64,000 nucleotides of DNA, taken from the NCBI RefSeq assembly GCF_024502345.1, contig NZ_JALDNN010000001.1. One strand, 5' to 3'. Below the pieces are notes generated by a model. That model saw only the letters and a list, made by a program, of their open reading frames with translations. It searched no databases and was not told the origin of the DNA. Shown piece after piece: positions 1-10,651 of this stretch. The DNA comes from Escherichia coli. Its GTDB lineage: Bacteria > Pseudomonadota > Gammaproteobacteria > Enterobacterales > Enterobacteriaceae. Positions within the stretch are counted from its first letter, which is position 1; every line of letters begins with the position of its first letter. Position numbers and translations under genes: made by a program.

Positions 1-1
1 G

Positions 2-928
2 TGCGGTCCGGTGCAAATCTGCTGGCATAAATTCGCCCGCTACTGGGATGTGGAGCTGCGTGAGATCCCTATGCGCCCCGGTCAGTTGTTTATGGATCCG
101 AAACGCATGATTGAAGCCTGCGACGAAAATACCATCGGCGTGGTGCCGACTTTCGGCGTGACCTACACCGGTAACTATGAGTTCCCGCAACCGCTGCACG
201 ATGCGCTGGATAAATTCCAGGCCGACACCGGTATCGACATCGACATGCACATCGACGCCGCCAGCGGTGGCTTTCTGGCACCGTTCGTCGCCCCGGATAT
301 CGTCTGGGACTTCCGCCTGCCGCGTGTGAAATCGATCAGTGCTTCAGGCCATAAATTCGGTCTGGCTCCGCTGGGCTGCGGCTGGGTTATCTGGCGTGAC
401 GAAGAAGCGCTGCCGCAGGAACTGGTGTTCAACGTTGACTACCTGGGTGGTCAAATTGGTACTTTCGCCATCAACTTCTCCCGCCCGGCGGGTCAGGTAA
501 TTGCACAGTACTATGAATTCCTGCGCCTCGGTCGTGAAGGCTACACCAAAGTACAGAACGCCTCTTACCAGGTTGCCGCTTATCTGGCGGATGAAATCGC
601 CAAACTGGGGCCGTATGAGTTCATCTGTACGGGTCGCCCGGACGAAGGCATCCCGGCGGTTTGCTTCAAACTGAAAGATGGTGAAGATCCGGGATACACC
701 CTGTACGACCTCTCTGAACGTCTGCGTCTGCGCGGCTGGCAGGTTCCGGCCTTCACTCTCGGCGGTGAAGCCACCGACATCGTGGTGATGCGCATTATGT
801 GTCGTCGCGGCTTCGAAATGGACTTTGCTGAACTGTTGCTGGAAGACTACAAAGCCTCCCTGAAATATCTCAGCGATCACCCGAAACTGCAGGGTATTGC
901 CCAGCAGAACAGCTTTAAACATACCTGA
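2..928 (+). CDS. gadB: Glutamate decarboxylase beta, 3' portion (5' end lies before the window)
   Basis: Translation in frame from position 2 gives [23 protein letters not shown]... ending ...[16 protein letters not shown], with the PLP-lysine motif [10 protein letters not shown]. Adjacent to gadC, so gadB rather than gadA. Confidence 0.93.
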   Translation, partial: CGPVQICWHKFARYWDVELREIPMRPGQLFMDPKRMIEACDENTIGVVPTFGVTYTGNYEFPQPLHDALDKFQADTGIDIDMHIDAASGGFLAPFVAPDIVWDFRLPRVKSISASGHKFGLAPLGCGWVIWRDEEALPQELVFNVDYLGGQIGTFAINFSRPAGQVIAQYYEFLRLGREGYTKVQNASYQVAAYLADEIAKLGPYEFICTGRPDEGIPAVCFKLKDGEDPGYTLYDLSERLRLRGWQVPAFTLGGEATDIVVMRIMCRRGFEMDFAELLLEDYKASLKYLSDHPKLQGIAQQNSFKHT

Positions 929-1083
929 TAACGTTTAACGGTAACGGTGTCCCGAAACGAACCCGTTTCGGGACAATTTCCAAAGTCTGTTCACTGGCAT
1001 TAGCAACGGAAAATATTGTTCTGAATACGCTTCAGAACAAAACAGGTGCGGTTCCGACAGGAATACCGTTTTAGGGGGATAAT

Positions 1084-2619
1084 ATGGCTACATCAGTACA
1101 GACAGGTAAAGCTAAGCAGCTCACATTACTCGGATTCTTTGCCATAACGGCATCGATGGTAATGGCTGTTTATGAATACCCTACCTTCGCAACATCGGGC
1201 TTTTCATTAGTCTTCTTCCTGCTATTAGGCGGGATTTTATGGTTTATTCCCGTGGGACTTTGTGCTGCGGAAATGGCCACCGTCGACGGCTGGGAAGAAG
1301 GTGGTGTCTTCGCCTGGGTATCAAATACTCTGGGGCCGAGATGGGGATTTGCAGCGATCTCATTTGGCTATCTGCAAATCGCCATTGGTTTTATTCCGAT
1401 GCTCTATTTCGTGTTAGGGGCACTCTCCTACATCCTGAAATGGCCAGCGCTGAATGAAGACCCCATTACCAAAACTATTGCAGCACTCATCATTCTTTGG
1501 GCGCTGGCATTAACGCAGTTTGGTGGCACGAAATACACGGCGCGAATTGCTAAAGTTGGCTTCTTCGCCGGTATCCTGTTACCTGCATTTATTTTGATCG
1601 CATTAGCGGCTATTTATCTGCACTCCGGTGCCCCCGTTGCTATCGAAATGGATTCGAAGACCTTCTTCCCTGACTTCTCTAAAGTGGGCACCCTGGTTGT
1701 ATTTGTTGCCTTCATTTTGAGTTATATGGGCGTAGAAGCTTCCGCAACCCACGTCAATGAAATGAGTAACCCAGGGCGCGACTATCCACTGGCTATGTTA
1801 CTGCTGATGGTGGCGGCAATCTGCTTAAGCTCTGTTGGTGGTTTGTCTATTGCGATGGTCATTCCGGGTAATGAAATCAACCTCTCCGCAGGGGTAATGC
1901 AAACCTTTACCGTTCTGATGTCCCATGTGGCACCGGAAATTGAGTGGACGGTTCGCGTGATCTCCGCACTGCTGTTGCTGGGTGTTCTGGCGGAAATCGC
2001 CTCCTGGATTGTTGGTCCTTCTCGCGGGATGTATGTCACAGCGCAGAAAAACCTGCTGCCAGCGGCATTCGCTAAAATGAACAAAAATGGCGTACCGGTA
2101 ACGCTGGTCATTTCGCAGCTGGTGATTACTTCTATCGCGTTGATCATCCTCACCAATACCGGTGGCGGTAACAACATGTCCTTCCTGATCGCTCTGGCGC
2201 TGACGGTGGTGATTTATCTGTGTGCTTATTTCATGCTGTTTATTGGCTACATTGTGTTGGTTCTTAAACATCCTGACTTAAAACGCACATTTAATATCCC
2301 TGGTGGTAAAGGGGTGAAACTGGTCGTGGCAATTGTCGGTCTGCTGACTTCAATTATGGCGTTTATTGTTTCCTTCCTGCCGCCGGATAACATCCAGGGT
2401 GATTCTACCGATATGTATGTTGAATTACTGGTTGTTAGTTTCCTGGTGGTACTTGCCCTGCCCTTTATTCTCTATGCTGTTCATGATCGTAAAGGCAAAG
2501 CGAATACCGGCGTCACTCTGGAGCCAATCAACAGTCAGAACGCACCAAAAGGTCACTTCTTCCTGCACCCGCGTGCACGTTCACCACACTATATTGTGAT
2601 GAATGACAAGAAACACTAA
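1084..2619 (+). CDS. gadC: Glutamate:GABA antiporter (APC family)
   Basis: 511-aa polytopic membrane ORF directly downstream of gadB, matching the gadBC acid-resistance operon layout. Confidence 0.93.
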   Translation: MATSVQTGKAKQLTLLGFFAITASMVMAVYEYPTFATSGFSLVFFLLLGGILWFIPVGLCAAEMATVDGWEEGGVFAWVSNTLGPRWGFAAISFGYLQIAIGFIPMLYFVLGALSYILKWPALNEDPITKTIAALIILWALALTQFGGTKYTARIAKVGFFAGILLPAFILIALAAIYLHSGAPVAIEMDSKTFFPDFSKVGTLVVFVAFILSYMGVEASATHVNEMSNPGRDYPLAMLLLMVAAICLSSVGGLSIAMVIPGNEINLSAGVMQTFTVLMSHVAPEIEWTVRVISALLLLGVLAEIASWIVGPSRGMYVTAQKNLLPAAFAKMNKNGVPVTLVISQLVITSIALIILTNTGGGNNMSFLIALALTVVIYLCAYFMLFIGYIVLVLKHPDLKRTFNIPGGKGVKLVVAIVGLLTSIMAFIVSFLPPDNIQGDSTDMYVELLVVSFLVVLALPFILYAVHDRKGKANTGVTLEPINSQNAPKGHFFLHPRARSPHYIVMNDKKH

Positions 2620-2644
2620 CCATGTCTGAATGGTTATAAGACAA

Positions 2645-2672
2645 GGGAGCGATAAGTCATCGCTCCCTTTTT
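2645..2672 (+). terminator. Rho-independent terminator after gadC
   Basis: GC-rich inverted repeat gggagcgat/atcgctccc followed by a TTTTT run, about 25 nt after the gadC stop. Confidence 0.7.
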
Positions 2673-2749
2673 CGTGCTTGCTGTCGTATTGACTTAACCG
2701 GGATAAGTACGAGAATGAGCGCACATCTGTTTACCGGAAACCAGCACAT

Positions 2750-4069
2750 ATGGATATCTGCTCCCGAAACAAGAAATTAACGATTAGAAGACCAGCGATA
2801 CTAGTTGCACTGGCACTTTTACTGTGTAGTTGTAAAAGCACGCCTCCAGAGTCCATGGTGACACCACCAGCAGGTTCAAAGCCACCAGCCACGACGCAAC
2901 AATCGTCACAACCGATGCGTGGCATCTGGCTGGCCACGGTTTCTCGGCTCGACTGGCCTCCGGTTTCCTCGGTTAACATTAGTAACCCCACCAGCCGGGC
3001 CCGTGTACAACAACAGGCGATGATCGACAAACTGGATCATCTGCAACGTCTCGGCATAAACACGGTCTTTTTCCAGGTCAAGCCGGACGGTACCGCCCTG
3101 TGGCCATCGAAAATTTTGCCGTGGTCCGATCTTATGACCGGTAAGATTGGTGAAAATCCGGGTTACGATCCGCTGCAATTTATGCTCGACGAAGCCCACA
3201 AGCGTGGGATGAAAGTACACGCCTGGTTTAACCCCTATCGCGTATCGGTTAATACGAAGCCCGGTACTATCAGGGAACTGAATAGCACTCTGCCTCAACA
3301 ACCGGCGAGCGTCTATGTGCAACACCGCGACTGGATCAGAACGTCTGGCGATCGCTTTGTCCTCGACCCGGGCATCCCTGAGGTTCAGGACTGGATCACA
3401 TCAATAGTCGCAGAAGTGGTTTCCCGCTATCCCGTAGATGGCGTGCAGTTTGACGACTATTTCTATACGGAGTCACCGGGTTCACGGCTAAATGATAACG
3501 AAACGTACCGTAAATACGGAGGCGCATTTGCGTCAAAAGCAGACTGGCGGCGCAACAATACTCAGCAGTTAATTGCAAAGGTATCGCACACCATTAAAAG
3601 CATTAAGCCGGGAGTCGAATTTGGTGTTAGCCCGGCAGGCGTGTGGCGTAACCGATCACACGATCCGCTCGGTTCCGATACCCGAGGCGCGGCAGCCTAT
3701 GACGAATCCTACGCTGACACCCGTCGATGGGTGGAACAAGGATTGCTGGATTACATTGCTCCCCAAATTTACTGGCCGTTCTCACGGAGTGCCGCGCGTT
3801 ATGACGTGTTGGCAAAATGGTGGGCGGATGTCGTTAAACCGACCAGGACCCGCCTGTATATCGGTATCGCCTTCTATAAAGTGGGTGAACCTTCAAAGAT
3901 AGAGCCAGACTGGATGATTAACGGCGGCGTACCGGAACTGAAAAAGCAGCTCGATCTTAACGATGCGGTACCAGAAATTAGCGGCACCATCTTGTTCCGT
4001 GAGGACTATCTGAATAAACCGCAGACTCAACAAGCGGTCAGCTATCTGCAAAGTCGTTGGGGCAGTTAA
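2750..4069 (+). CDS. yddW: Lipoprotein, glycoside-hydrolase-like family (YddW)
   Basis: 439-aa ORF with signal peptide and lipobox (LLLCSCKS); position between gadC and dosC as in K-12. Confidence 0.85.
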   Translation: MDICSRNKKLTIRRPAILVALALLLCSCKSTPPESMVTPPAGSKPPATTQQSSQPMRGIWLATVSRLDWPPVSSVNISNPTSRARVQQQAMIDKLDHLQRLGINTVFFQVKPDGTALWPSKILPWSDLMTGKIGENPGYDPLQFMLDEAHKRGMKVHAWFNPYRVSVNTKPGTIRELNSTLPQQPASVYVQHRDWIRTSGDRFVLDPGIPEVQDWITSIVAEVVSRYPVDGVQFDDYFYTESPGSRLNDNETYRKYGGAFASKADWRRNNTQQLIAKVSHTIKSIKPGVEFGVSPAGVWRNRSHDPLGSDTRGAAAYDESYADTRRWVEQGLLDYIAPQIYWPFSRSAARYDVLAKWWADVVKPTRTRLYIGIAFYKVGEPSKIEPDWMINGGVPELKKQLDLNDAVPEISGTILFREDYLNKPQTQQAVSYLQSRWGS

Positions 4070-4086
4070 ACTCCCATTCTTACTTT

Positions 4087-4121
4087 GTAACAAGCCGGTG
4101 CTTTACCCACTGGCTTGTTAC
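4087..4121 (+). terminator. Putative stem-loop terminator after yddW
   Basis: 10-bp inverted repeat gtaacaagcc/ggcttgttac; weak U-tract, so low confidence. Confidence 0.4.
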
Positions 4122-4440
4122 CCTCTTGAACTATCCCACCAGCAATCATGCTTACTAAAGTCAAATTAACCACGCAATTAACGACACTTAGTTAAATAGC
4201 CATAATCCCCCTAATAAAAATGTATGAATATGAAAAACCATACGATATTCGCAGTCACCGAAAAATAATTACGATGGGCTATACTCTTCTGAAGAACAGT
4301 AGCGTAGATTGAAACTGTCCTAAGTCGCTTATTTCTTTTCAGTATATCTTCATATTTCAGGAGAATATGGTGCAGTTAGTCGATCTCGCACGTTGCGTTT
4401 TGATTCCGTCTGATTTCCCAGCCTTATAAAGGTGTGAATT

Positions 4441-5823
4441 ATGGAGATGTATTTTAAAAGAATGAAAGATGAGTGGACCGGACTTGTCGAACAGGCAGAT
4501 CCGCCCATTCGTGCTAAAGCCGCGGAAATTGCCGTTGCGCATGCTCATTATCTGAGTATTGAGTTTTATCGAATTGTCCGCATCGACCCGCATGCCGAAG
4601 AATTCTTGAGTAATGAACAAGTTGAGCGGCAGTTGAAAAGTGCGATGGAACGCTGGATTATTAACGTGCTTTCTGCCCAGGTTGACGATGTCGAAAGGCT
4701 AATACAAATCCAGCATACCGTCGCGGAAGTGCATGCCCGCATAGGAATTCCGGTAGAAATTGTCGAGATGGGGTTTCGGGTGCTGAAAAAGATCCTCTAT
4801 CCGGTAATCTTCTCTTCGGATTATTCTGCCGCAGAAAAACTTCAGGTCTACCATTTCTCGATTAACAGTATTGATATCGCTATGGAAGTGATGACCCGCG
4901 CGTTTACCTTTAGTGACAGTAGTGCCTCAAAAGAAGATGAAAACTATCGTATCTTCTCGTTACTGGAAAACGCCGAAGAAGAAAAAGAACGGCAAATAGC
5001 CTCAATACTTTCATGGGAAATAGATATCATCTATAAAATCCTGCTGGATTCTGATTTAGGCAGTAGTTTGCCTTTAAGCCAGGCTGATTTTGGCCTGTGG
5101 TTTAACCATAAAGGTCGACATTATTTTAGCGGCATTGCCGAAGTAGGCCATATCTCCCGTCTGATTCAGGATTTCGACGGTATTTTCAATCAAACCATGC
5201 GTAACACCAGGAATTTGAATAACAGAAGTTTGCGGGTGAAATTTTTATTACAGATAAGAAATACTGTATCGCAAATTATTACCTTGCTGCGTGAATTGTT
5301 TGAAGAAGTATCGCGCCACGAAGTCGGTATGGATGTACTGACGAAATTACTTAACCGCCGTTTCCTGCCGACTATCTTCAAACGCGAAATTGCCCATGCC
5401 AACCGGACCGGTACACCGCTGTCAGTGCTGATTATTGACGTTGATAAATTCAAAGAGATCAACGATACGTGGGGCCATAACACTGGCGATGAAATTCTGC
5501 GTAAAGTCTCTCAGGCCTTTTATGACAACGTCCGCAGTAGTGATTATGTTTTCCGCTACGGGGGCGATGAATTTATCATTGTTTTGACTGAAGCTTCTGA
5601 AAACGAAACGTTACGTACCGCAGAACGTATTCGCAGTCGGGTGGAGAAAACCAAACTGAAAGCCGCAAACGGCGAAGATATTGCCCTCTCACTTTCCATC
5701 GGTGCCGCCATGTTTAATGGTCATCCTGACTATGAGCGCCTCATTCAAATAGCCGATGAAGCTCTGTATATCGCCAAAAGACGAGGTAGAAACCGTGTTG
5801 AACTCTGGAAAGCCAGTCTTTAG
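4441..5823 (+). CDS. dosC: Oxygen-sensing diguanylate cyclase (globin-coupled sensor, GGDEF)
   Basis: 460-aa ORF with a GGDEF motif (RYGGDEFII) in the C-terminal half; immediately precedes dosP. Confidence 0.9.
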   Translation: MEMYFKRMKDEWTGLVEQADPPIRAKAAEIAVAHAHYLSIEFYRIVRIDPHAEEFLSNEQVERQLKSAMERWIINVLSAQVDDVERLIQIQHTVAEVHARIGIPVEIVEMGFRVLKKILYPVIFSSDYSAAEKLQVYHFSINSIDIAMEVMTRAFTFSDSSASKEDENYRIFSLLENAEEEKERQIASILSWEIDIIYKILLDSDLGSSLPLSQADFGLWFNHKGRHYFSGIAEVGHISRLIQDFDGIFNQTMRNTRNLNNRSLRVKFLLQIRNTVSQIITLLRELFEEVSRHEVGMDVLTKLLNRRFLPTIFKREIAHANRTGTPLSVLIIDVDKFKEINDTWGHNTGDEILRKVSQAFYDNVRSSDYVFRYGGDEFIIVLTEASENETLRTAERIRSRVEKTKLKAANGEDIALSLSIGAAMFNGHPDYERLIQIADEALYIAKRRGRNRVELWKASL

Positions 5824-5847
5824 ATGCGCCAGGATGCAGAGGTAATC

Positions 5848-8247
5848 ATGAAGCTAACCGATGCGGATAATGCCGCTGATGGCATTTTTTTCCCCGCCCT
5901 TGAGCAAAATATGATGGGTGCGGTGTTAATTAACGAAAATGATGAAGTGATGTTTTTCAACCCCGCCGCAGAGAAGCTCTGGGGATACAAACGTGAAGAA
6001 GTCATTGGCAATAACATTGATATGCTGATTCCGCGGGATTTGCGTCCTGCGCATCCTGAATACATTCGTCACAACCGTGAAGGCGGTAAAGCGCGCGTCG
6101 AGGGGATGAGTCGGGAGCTGCAGCTGGAGAAAAAAGACGGCAGTAAAATCTGGACCCGTTTTGCGCTATCGAAAGTGAGCGCCGAGGGGAAAGTTTATTA
6201 CCTGGCGCTGGTACGGGATGCCAGCGTAGAAATGGCGCAAAAAGAACAGACCCGACAATTGATTATTGCCGTTGACCATCTCGACCGACCGGTGATTGTC
6301 CTCGATCCGGAACGCCATATTGTGCAGTGCAATCGCGCATTTACCGAAATGTTTGGTTACTGCATTAGCGAAGCCAGCGGTATGCAGCCCGATACACTCC
6401 TGAACATTCCTAAATTCCCTGCCGATAACCGCATTCGTTTACAACAGTTGCTATGGAAAACCGCCCGCGATCAGGACGAATTTCTGCTGCTGACGCGCAC
6501 CGGTGAAAAAATCTGGATTAAAGCCTCTATCAGCCCGGTTTATGACGTGCTCGCGCATCTGCAGAACCTGGTAATGACTTTCTCGGATATCACCGAAGAA
6601 CGGCAGATCCGCCAGCTTGAAGGCAATATTCTCGCCGCCATGTGCAGCAGCCCGCCATTTCATGAAATGGGGGAAATCATTTGTCGTAACATCGAATCTG
6701 TTCTCAACGAATCGCATGTTTCGCTGTTCGCACTGCGCAACGGGATGCCGATACACTGGGCGTCATCTTCCCACGGTGCAGAAGTTCAAAATGCGCAAAG
6801 CTGGTCAGCGACCATTCGTCAGCGTGATGGCGCGCCTGCGGGGATCCTGCAAATTAAAACCTCGTCAGGAGCAGAAACCAGCGCCTTTATCGAACGCGTG
6901 GCAGATATCAGCCAGCATATGGCCGCGCTGGCGCTGGAACAGGAAAAAAGCCGTCAGCATATTGAACAACTCATCCAATTTGATCCGATGACCGGTCTGC
7001 CAAATCGCAATAACCTGCACAATTACCTCGATGACCTTGTCGACAAAGCCGTCTCTCCGGTGGTGTATCTCATCGGTGTTGACCATATTCAGGATGTGAT
7101 TGATAGCCTTGGCTATGCGTGGGCCGATCAGGCATTGCTGGAAGTGGTCAATCGCTTTCGTGAAAAACTCAAACCGGATCAGTATCTCTGTCGTATCGAA
7201 GGTACGCAGTTTGTCCTCGTGAGCCTGGAAAACGACGTCAGTAACATTACCCAAATCGCCGATGAGCTACGGAATGTGGTCAGCAAGCCGATAATGATTG
7301 ACGATAAACCCTTCCCGCTTACCTTGAGTATTGGCATCAGCTACGACGTGGGTAAAAACCGCGATTACCTGCTCTCTACTGCTCACAATGCAATGGATTA
7401 TATTCGCAAGAATGGCGGTAACGGCTGGCAGTTCTTCAGCCCGGCGATGAACGAAATGGTAAAAGAGCGTTTGGTTTTAGGCGCAGCGCTGAAAGAAGCG
7501 ATTAGCAATAACCAACTGAAACTGGTTTACCAGCCGCAAATCTTCGCAGAAACGGGTGAACTGTACGGCATCGAAGCCCTTGCTCGCTGGCACGATCCCC
7601 AGCATGGTCATGTGCCCCCTTCACGGTTTATTCCTCTCGCAGAAGAGATTGGTGAAATCGAAAATATTGGGCGCTGGGTCATCGCGGAAGCTTGCCGTCA
7701 GTTAGCAGAATGGCGTAGCCAGAATATTCATATCCCGGCGCTTTCCGTTAACTTGTCGGCACTGCACTTTCGCAGTAATCAACTGCCTAATCAGGTGTCT
7801 GATGCAATGCAAGCCTGGGGTATTGACGGCCACCAGCTGACGGTGGAAATCACGGAAAGCATGATGATGGAACACGATACCGAAATCTTTAAGCGCATTC
7901 AGATCCTGCGTGATATGGGCGTGGGTTTATCGGTAGATGATTTTGGCACGGGCTTTTCCGGATTATCCCGCTTAGTCAGTCTTCCGGTAACGGAAATCAA
8001 AATTGACAAAAGTTTTGTCGATCGTTGTCTGACGGAAAAACGCATCCTTGCCTTACTTGAAGCCATTACCAGCATTGGGCAAAGCCTCAATTTAACCGTC
8101 GTGGCGGAAGGCGTCGAAACCAAAGAGCAATTTGAGATGCTACGCAAGATCCACTGTCGCGTTATTCAGGGATATTTCTTTTCCCGCCCCCTACCCGCCG
8201 AAGAAATTCCAGGCTGGATGAGCAGCGTGTTACCGCTGAAAATCTGA
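5848..8247 (+). CDS. dosP: Oxygen-sensing c-di-GMP phosphodiesterase (haem-PAS, GGDEF-like, EAL)
   Basis: Start taken at the internal ATG giving MKLTDADNAADGIFFPALEQ (799 aa). The track ORF begins 8 codons earlier, directly after the dosC stop. Confidence 0.9.
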   Translation: MKLTDADNAADGIFFPALEQNMMGAVLINENDEVMFFNPAAEKLWGYKREEVIGNNIDMLIPRDLRPAHPEYIRHNREGGKARVEGMSRELQLEKKDGSKIWTRFALSKVSAEGKVYYLALVRDASVEMAQKEQTRQLIIAVDHLDRPVIVLDPERHIVQCNRAFTEMFGYCISEASGMQPDTLLNIPKFPADNRIRLQQLLWKTARDQDEFLLLTRTGEKIWIKASISPVYDVLAHLQNLVMTFSDITEERQIRQLEGNILAAMCSSPPFHEMGEIICRNIESVLNESHVSLFALRNGMPIHWASSSHGAEVQNAQSWSATIRQRDGAPAGILQIKTSSGAETSAFIERVADISQHMAALALEQEKSRQHIEQLIQFDPMTGLPNRNNLHNYLDDLVDKAVSPVVYLIGVDHIQDVIDSLGYAWADQALLEVVNRFREKLKPDQYLCRIEGTQFVLVSLENDVSNITQIADELRNVVSKPIMIDDKPFPLTLSIGISYDVGKNRDYLLSTAHNAMDYIRKNGGNGWQFFSPAMNEMVKERLVLGAALKEAISNNQLKLVYQPQIFAETGELYGIEALARWHDPQHGHVPPSRFIPLAEEIGEIENIGRWVIAEACRQLAEWRSQNIHIPALSVNLSALHFRSNQLPNQVSDAMQAWGIDGHQLTVEITESMMMEHDTEIFKRIQILRDMGVGLSVDDFGTGFSGLSRLVSLPVTEIKIDKSFVDRCLTEKRILALLEAITSIGQSLNLTVVAEGVETKEQFEMLRKIHCRVIQGYFFSRPLPAEEIPGWMSSVLPLKI

Positions 8248-8260
8248 CAAATTCCTCTCG

Positions 8261-8278
8261 CCCGCACTCGCGGGTTTT
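8261..8278 (+). terminator. Putative Rho-independent terminator after dosP
   Basis: cccgc/gcggg stem followed by TTTT shortly after the dosP stop. Confidence 0.5.
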
Positions 8279-8504
8279 CATTTAACGTGACACTGTCACT
8301 TAAATACTGTGATTTCAGCTACGATTCCGGGAGATTCCTTCCTTAACTTCCCCTCTTGCACCAAAACTGCACTACGCTGCACAAATGTTGATCAAAAGTT
8401 AAAAAATATAACTTTAAGCTAGCATTCTGGCGCTTATCCCGGCATGGCATGAGATCTGCATAAGCGGAAAGCGCAGCAAATTTTGTCTTATACAGGAACC
8501 GTTT

Positions 8505-9086
8505 ATGTCGGATACCACCGAACTGGTTGATTTAGCCGTGATCTTCCCTGATCTGGAGATCGAATTGAAATACGCCTGCGCTGATAACATCACAGGTAAA
8601 GCTATTTATCAGCAAGCGCGTTGTCTGTTACACAAGGATGCGATTACCGCGCTGGCGAAAAGTATCAGTATCGCCCAGCTCTCAGGCTTACAACTGGTGA
8701 TTTACGATGCGTACCGCCCACAACAAGCACAGGCGATGTTGTGGCAAGCCTGCCCAGACCCGCAATATGTTGTTGATGTGACGGTCGGTTCTAATCACAG
8801 CCGTGGCACGGCGATCGACCTGACGCTTCGTGATGAGCACGGGAACATCCTCGATATGGGCGCAGGGTTCGATGAAATGCACGAGCGCTCCCATGCTTAC
8901 CATCCTTCCGTCCCGCCCGCCGCTCAGCGCAATCGCCTGTTGCTGAATGCGATAATGACTGGTGGCGGTTTTGTCGGTATCTCCAGCGAATGGTGGCACT
9001 TCGAATTACCCCAGGCAGCGAGTTACCCTCTGCTCGCTGATCAATTCTCTTGTTTTATATCCCCTGGCACGCAGCACGTCAGTTAA
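8505..9086 (+). CDS. ddpX: D-Ala-D-Ala dipeptidase (VanX homolog)
   Basis: 193-aa ORF with a VanX-like metal-binding motif (SNHSRGTAIDL); first gene of the ddp cluster. Confidence 0.9.
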   Translation: MSDTTELVDLAVIFPDLEIELKYACADNITGKAIYQQARCLLHKDAITALAKSISIAQLSGLQLVIYDAYRPQQAQAMLWQACPDPQYVVDVTVGSNHSRGTAIDLTLRDEHGNILDMGAGFDEMHERSHAYHPSVPPAAQRNRLLLNAIMTGGGFVGISSEWWHFELPQAASYPLLADQFSCFISPGTQHVS

Positions 9087-9099
9087 TCAGGAAACTGTC

Positions 9100-10650
9100 A
9101 TGAAGAGATCGATATCGTTTCGTCCAACATTGCTCGCGCTCGTCCTTGCCACAACTTTCCCGGTTGCGCACGCCGCCGTACCGAAAGATATGCTGGTGAT
9201 TGGTAAGGCCGCCGATCCACAAAACCTCGACCCGGCGGTAACAATAGATAATAACGACTGGACAGTGACCTACCCGTCTTATCAGCGGCTGGTTCAGTAC
9301 AAAACGGACGGTGATAAAGGCTCAACCGACGTTGAAGGCGATCTGGCAAGTAGCTGGAAAGCGTCTGACGAACAAAAAGACTGGACGTTCACCCTGAAGG
9401 ACAATGCTAAATTTGCCGATGGCACACCTGTCACTGCCGAAGCAGTAAAACTCTCTTTTGAGCGGTTACTAAAAATCGGCCAGGGGCCAGCAGAAGCATT
9501 TCCCAAAGATTTAAAGATTGATGCTCCCGACGAACATACGGTGAAGTTTACCCTTAGCCAACCATTCGCACCGTTCCTCTACACGCTGGCGAATGACGGT
9601 GCATCCATTATCAATCCGGCGGTCTTAAAGGAACATGCAGCGGATGATGCTCGCGGCTTCCTCGCGCAAAATACCGCCGGTTCCGGACCATTTATGCTGA
9701 AAAGCTGGCAAAAAGGTCAGCAATTAGTTCTGGTGCCAAATCCGCATTACCCCGGCAATAAACCGAACTTTAAGCGAGTATCGGTAAAAATTATCGGTGA
9801 AAGTGCCTCCCGTCGCCTGCAGCTCTCCCGTGGCGACATTGACATTGCCGATGCGCTGCCGGTGGATCAACTCAACGCCCTGAAGCAGGAAAATAAAGTC
9901 AATGTGGCAGAGTATCCGTCACTGCGCGTCACCTATCTGTATCTGAATAACAGCAAAGCGCCACTTAATCAGGCGGATCTGCGTCGGGCCATTTCCTGGT
10001 CTACGGATTATCAGGGAATGGTTAACGGCATTCTGAGTGGTAACGGAAAACAGATGCGCGGCCCGATTCCGGAAGGCATGTGGGGCTACGATGCGACGGC
10101 AATGCAATACAACCATGACGAAACGAAAGCCAAAGCCGAATGGGATAAAGTGAAGAGCAAACCCACCAGCCTGACGTTTCTCTACTCCGATAACGATCCG
10201 AACTGGGAGCCTATTGCTCTGGCGACACAATCCAGTCTCAACAAGCTGGGCATCAATGTGAAGCTGGAAAAGCTGGCGAACGCCACCATGCGCGACAGAG
10301 TGGGTAAAGGTGATTACGACATTGCGATTGGCAACTGGAGTCCGGATTTTGCCGACCCGTATATGTTTATGAATTACTGGTTTGAGTCAGATAAAAAAGG
10401 TCTGCCGGGTAACCGCTCGTTCTATGAAAACAGTGAGGTCGATAAGTTACTGCGCAATGCGCTTGCGACCACCGACCAGACGCAGCGTACCCGAGACTAC
10501 CAGCAGGCACAGAAAATCGTCATTGATGACGCTGCTTATGTGTACCTGTTCCAGAAAAACTACCAACTGGCGATGAACAAAGAGGTGAAAGGCTTTGTAT
10601 TCAATCCCATGCTGGAACAGGTCTTCAATATCAATACCATGAGTAAATAA
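9100..10650 (+). CDS. ddpA: Periplasmic dipeptide-binding protein of an ABC transporter
   Basis: Start chosen at MKRSISFRPTLLALVLATTFPVAHA (signal peptide). The track ORF extends upstream and overlaps the ddpX 3' end. Confidence 0.88.
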   Translation: MKRSISFRPTLLALVLATTFPVAHAAVPKDMLVIGKAADPQNLDPAVTIDNNDWTVTYPSYQRLVQYKTDGDKGSTDVEGDLASSWKASDEQKDWTFTLKDNAKFADGTPVTAEAVKLSFERLLKIGQGPAEAFPKDLKIDAPDEHTVKFTLSQPFAPFLYTLANDGASIINPAVLKEHAADDARGFLAQNTAGSGPFMLKSWQKGQQLVLVPNPHYPGNKPNFKRVSVKIIGESASRRLQLSRGDIDIADALPVDQLNALKQENKVNVAEYPSLRVTYLYLNNSKAPLNQADLRRAISWSTDYQGMVNGILSGNGKQMRGPIPEGMWGYDATAMQYNHDETKAKAEWDKVKSKPTSLTFLYSDNDPNWEPIALATQSSLNKLGINVKLEKLANATMRDRVGKGDYDIAIGNWSPDFADPYMFMNYWFESDKKGLPGNRSFYENSEVDKLLRNALATTDQTQRTRDYQQAQKIVIDDAAYVYLFQKNYQLAMNKEVKGFVFNPMLEQVFNINTMSK

Positions 10651-10651
10651 C

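Noticed and set aside
344-922. 192-aa minus-strand ORF inside gadB
   Set aside because: Antisense to the gadB frame, which carries the PLP-binding motif; no support as a real gene.
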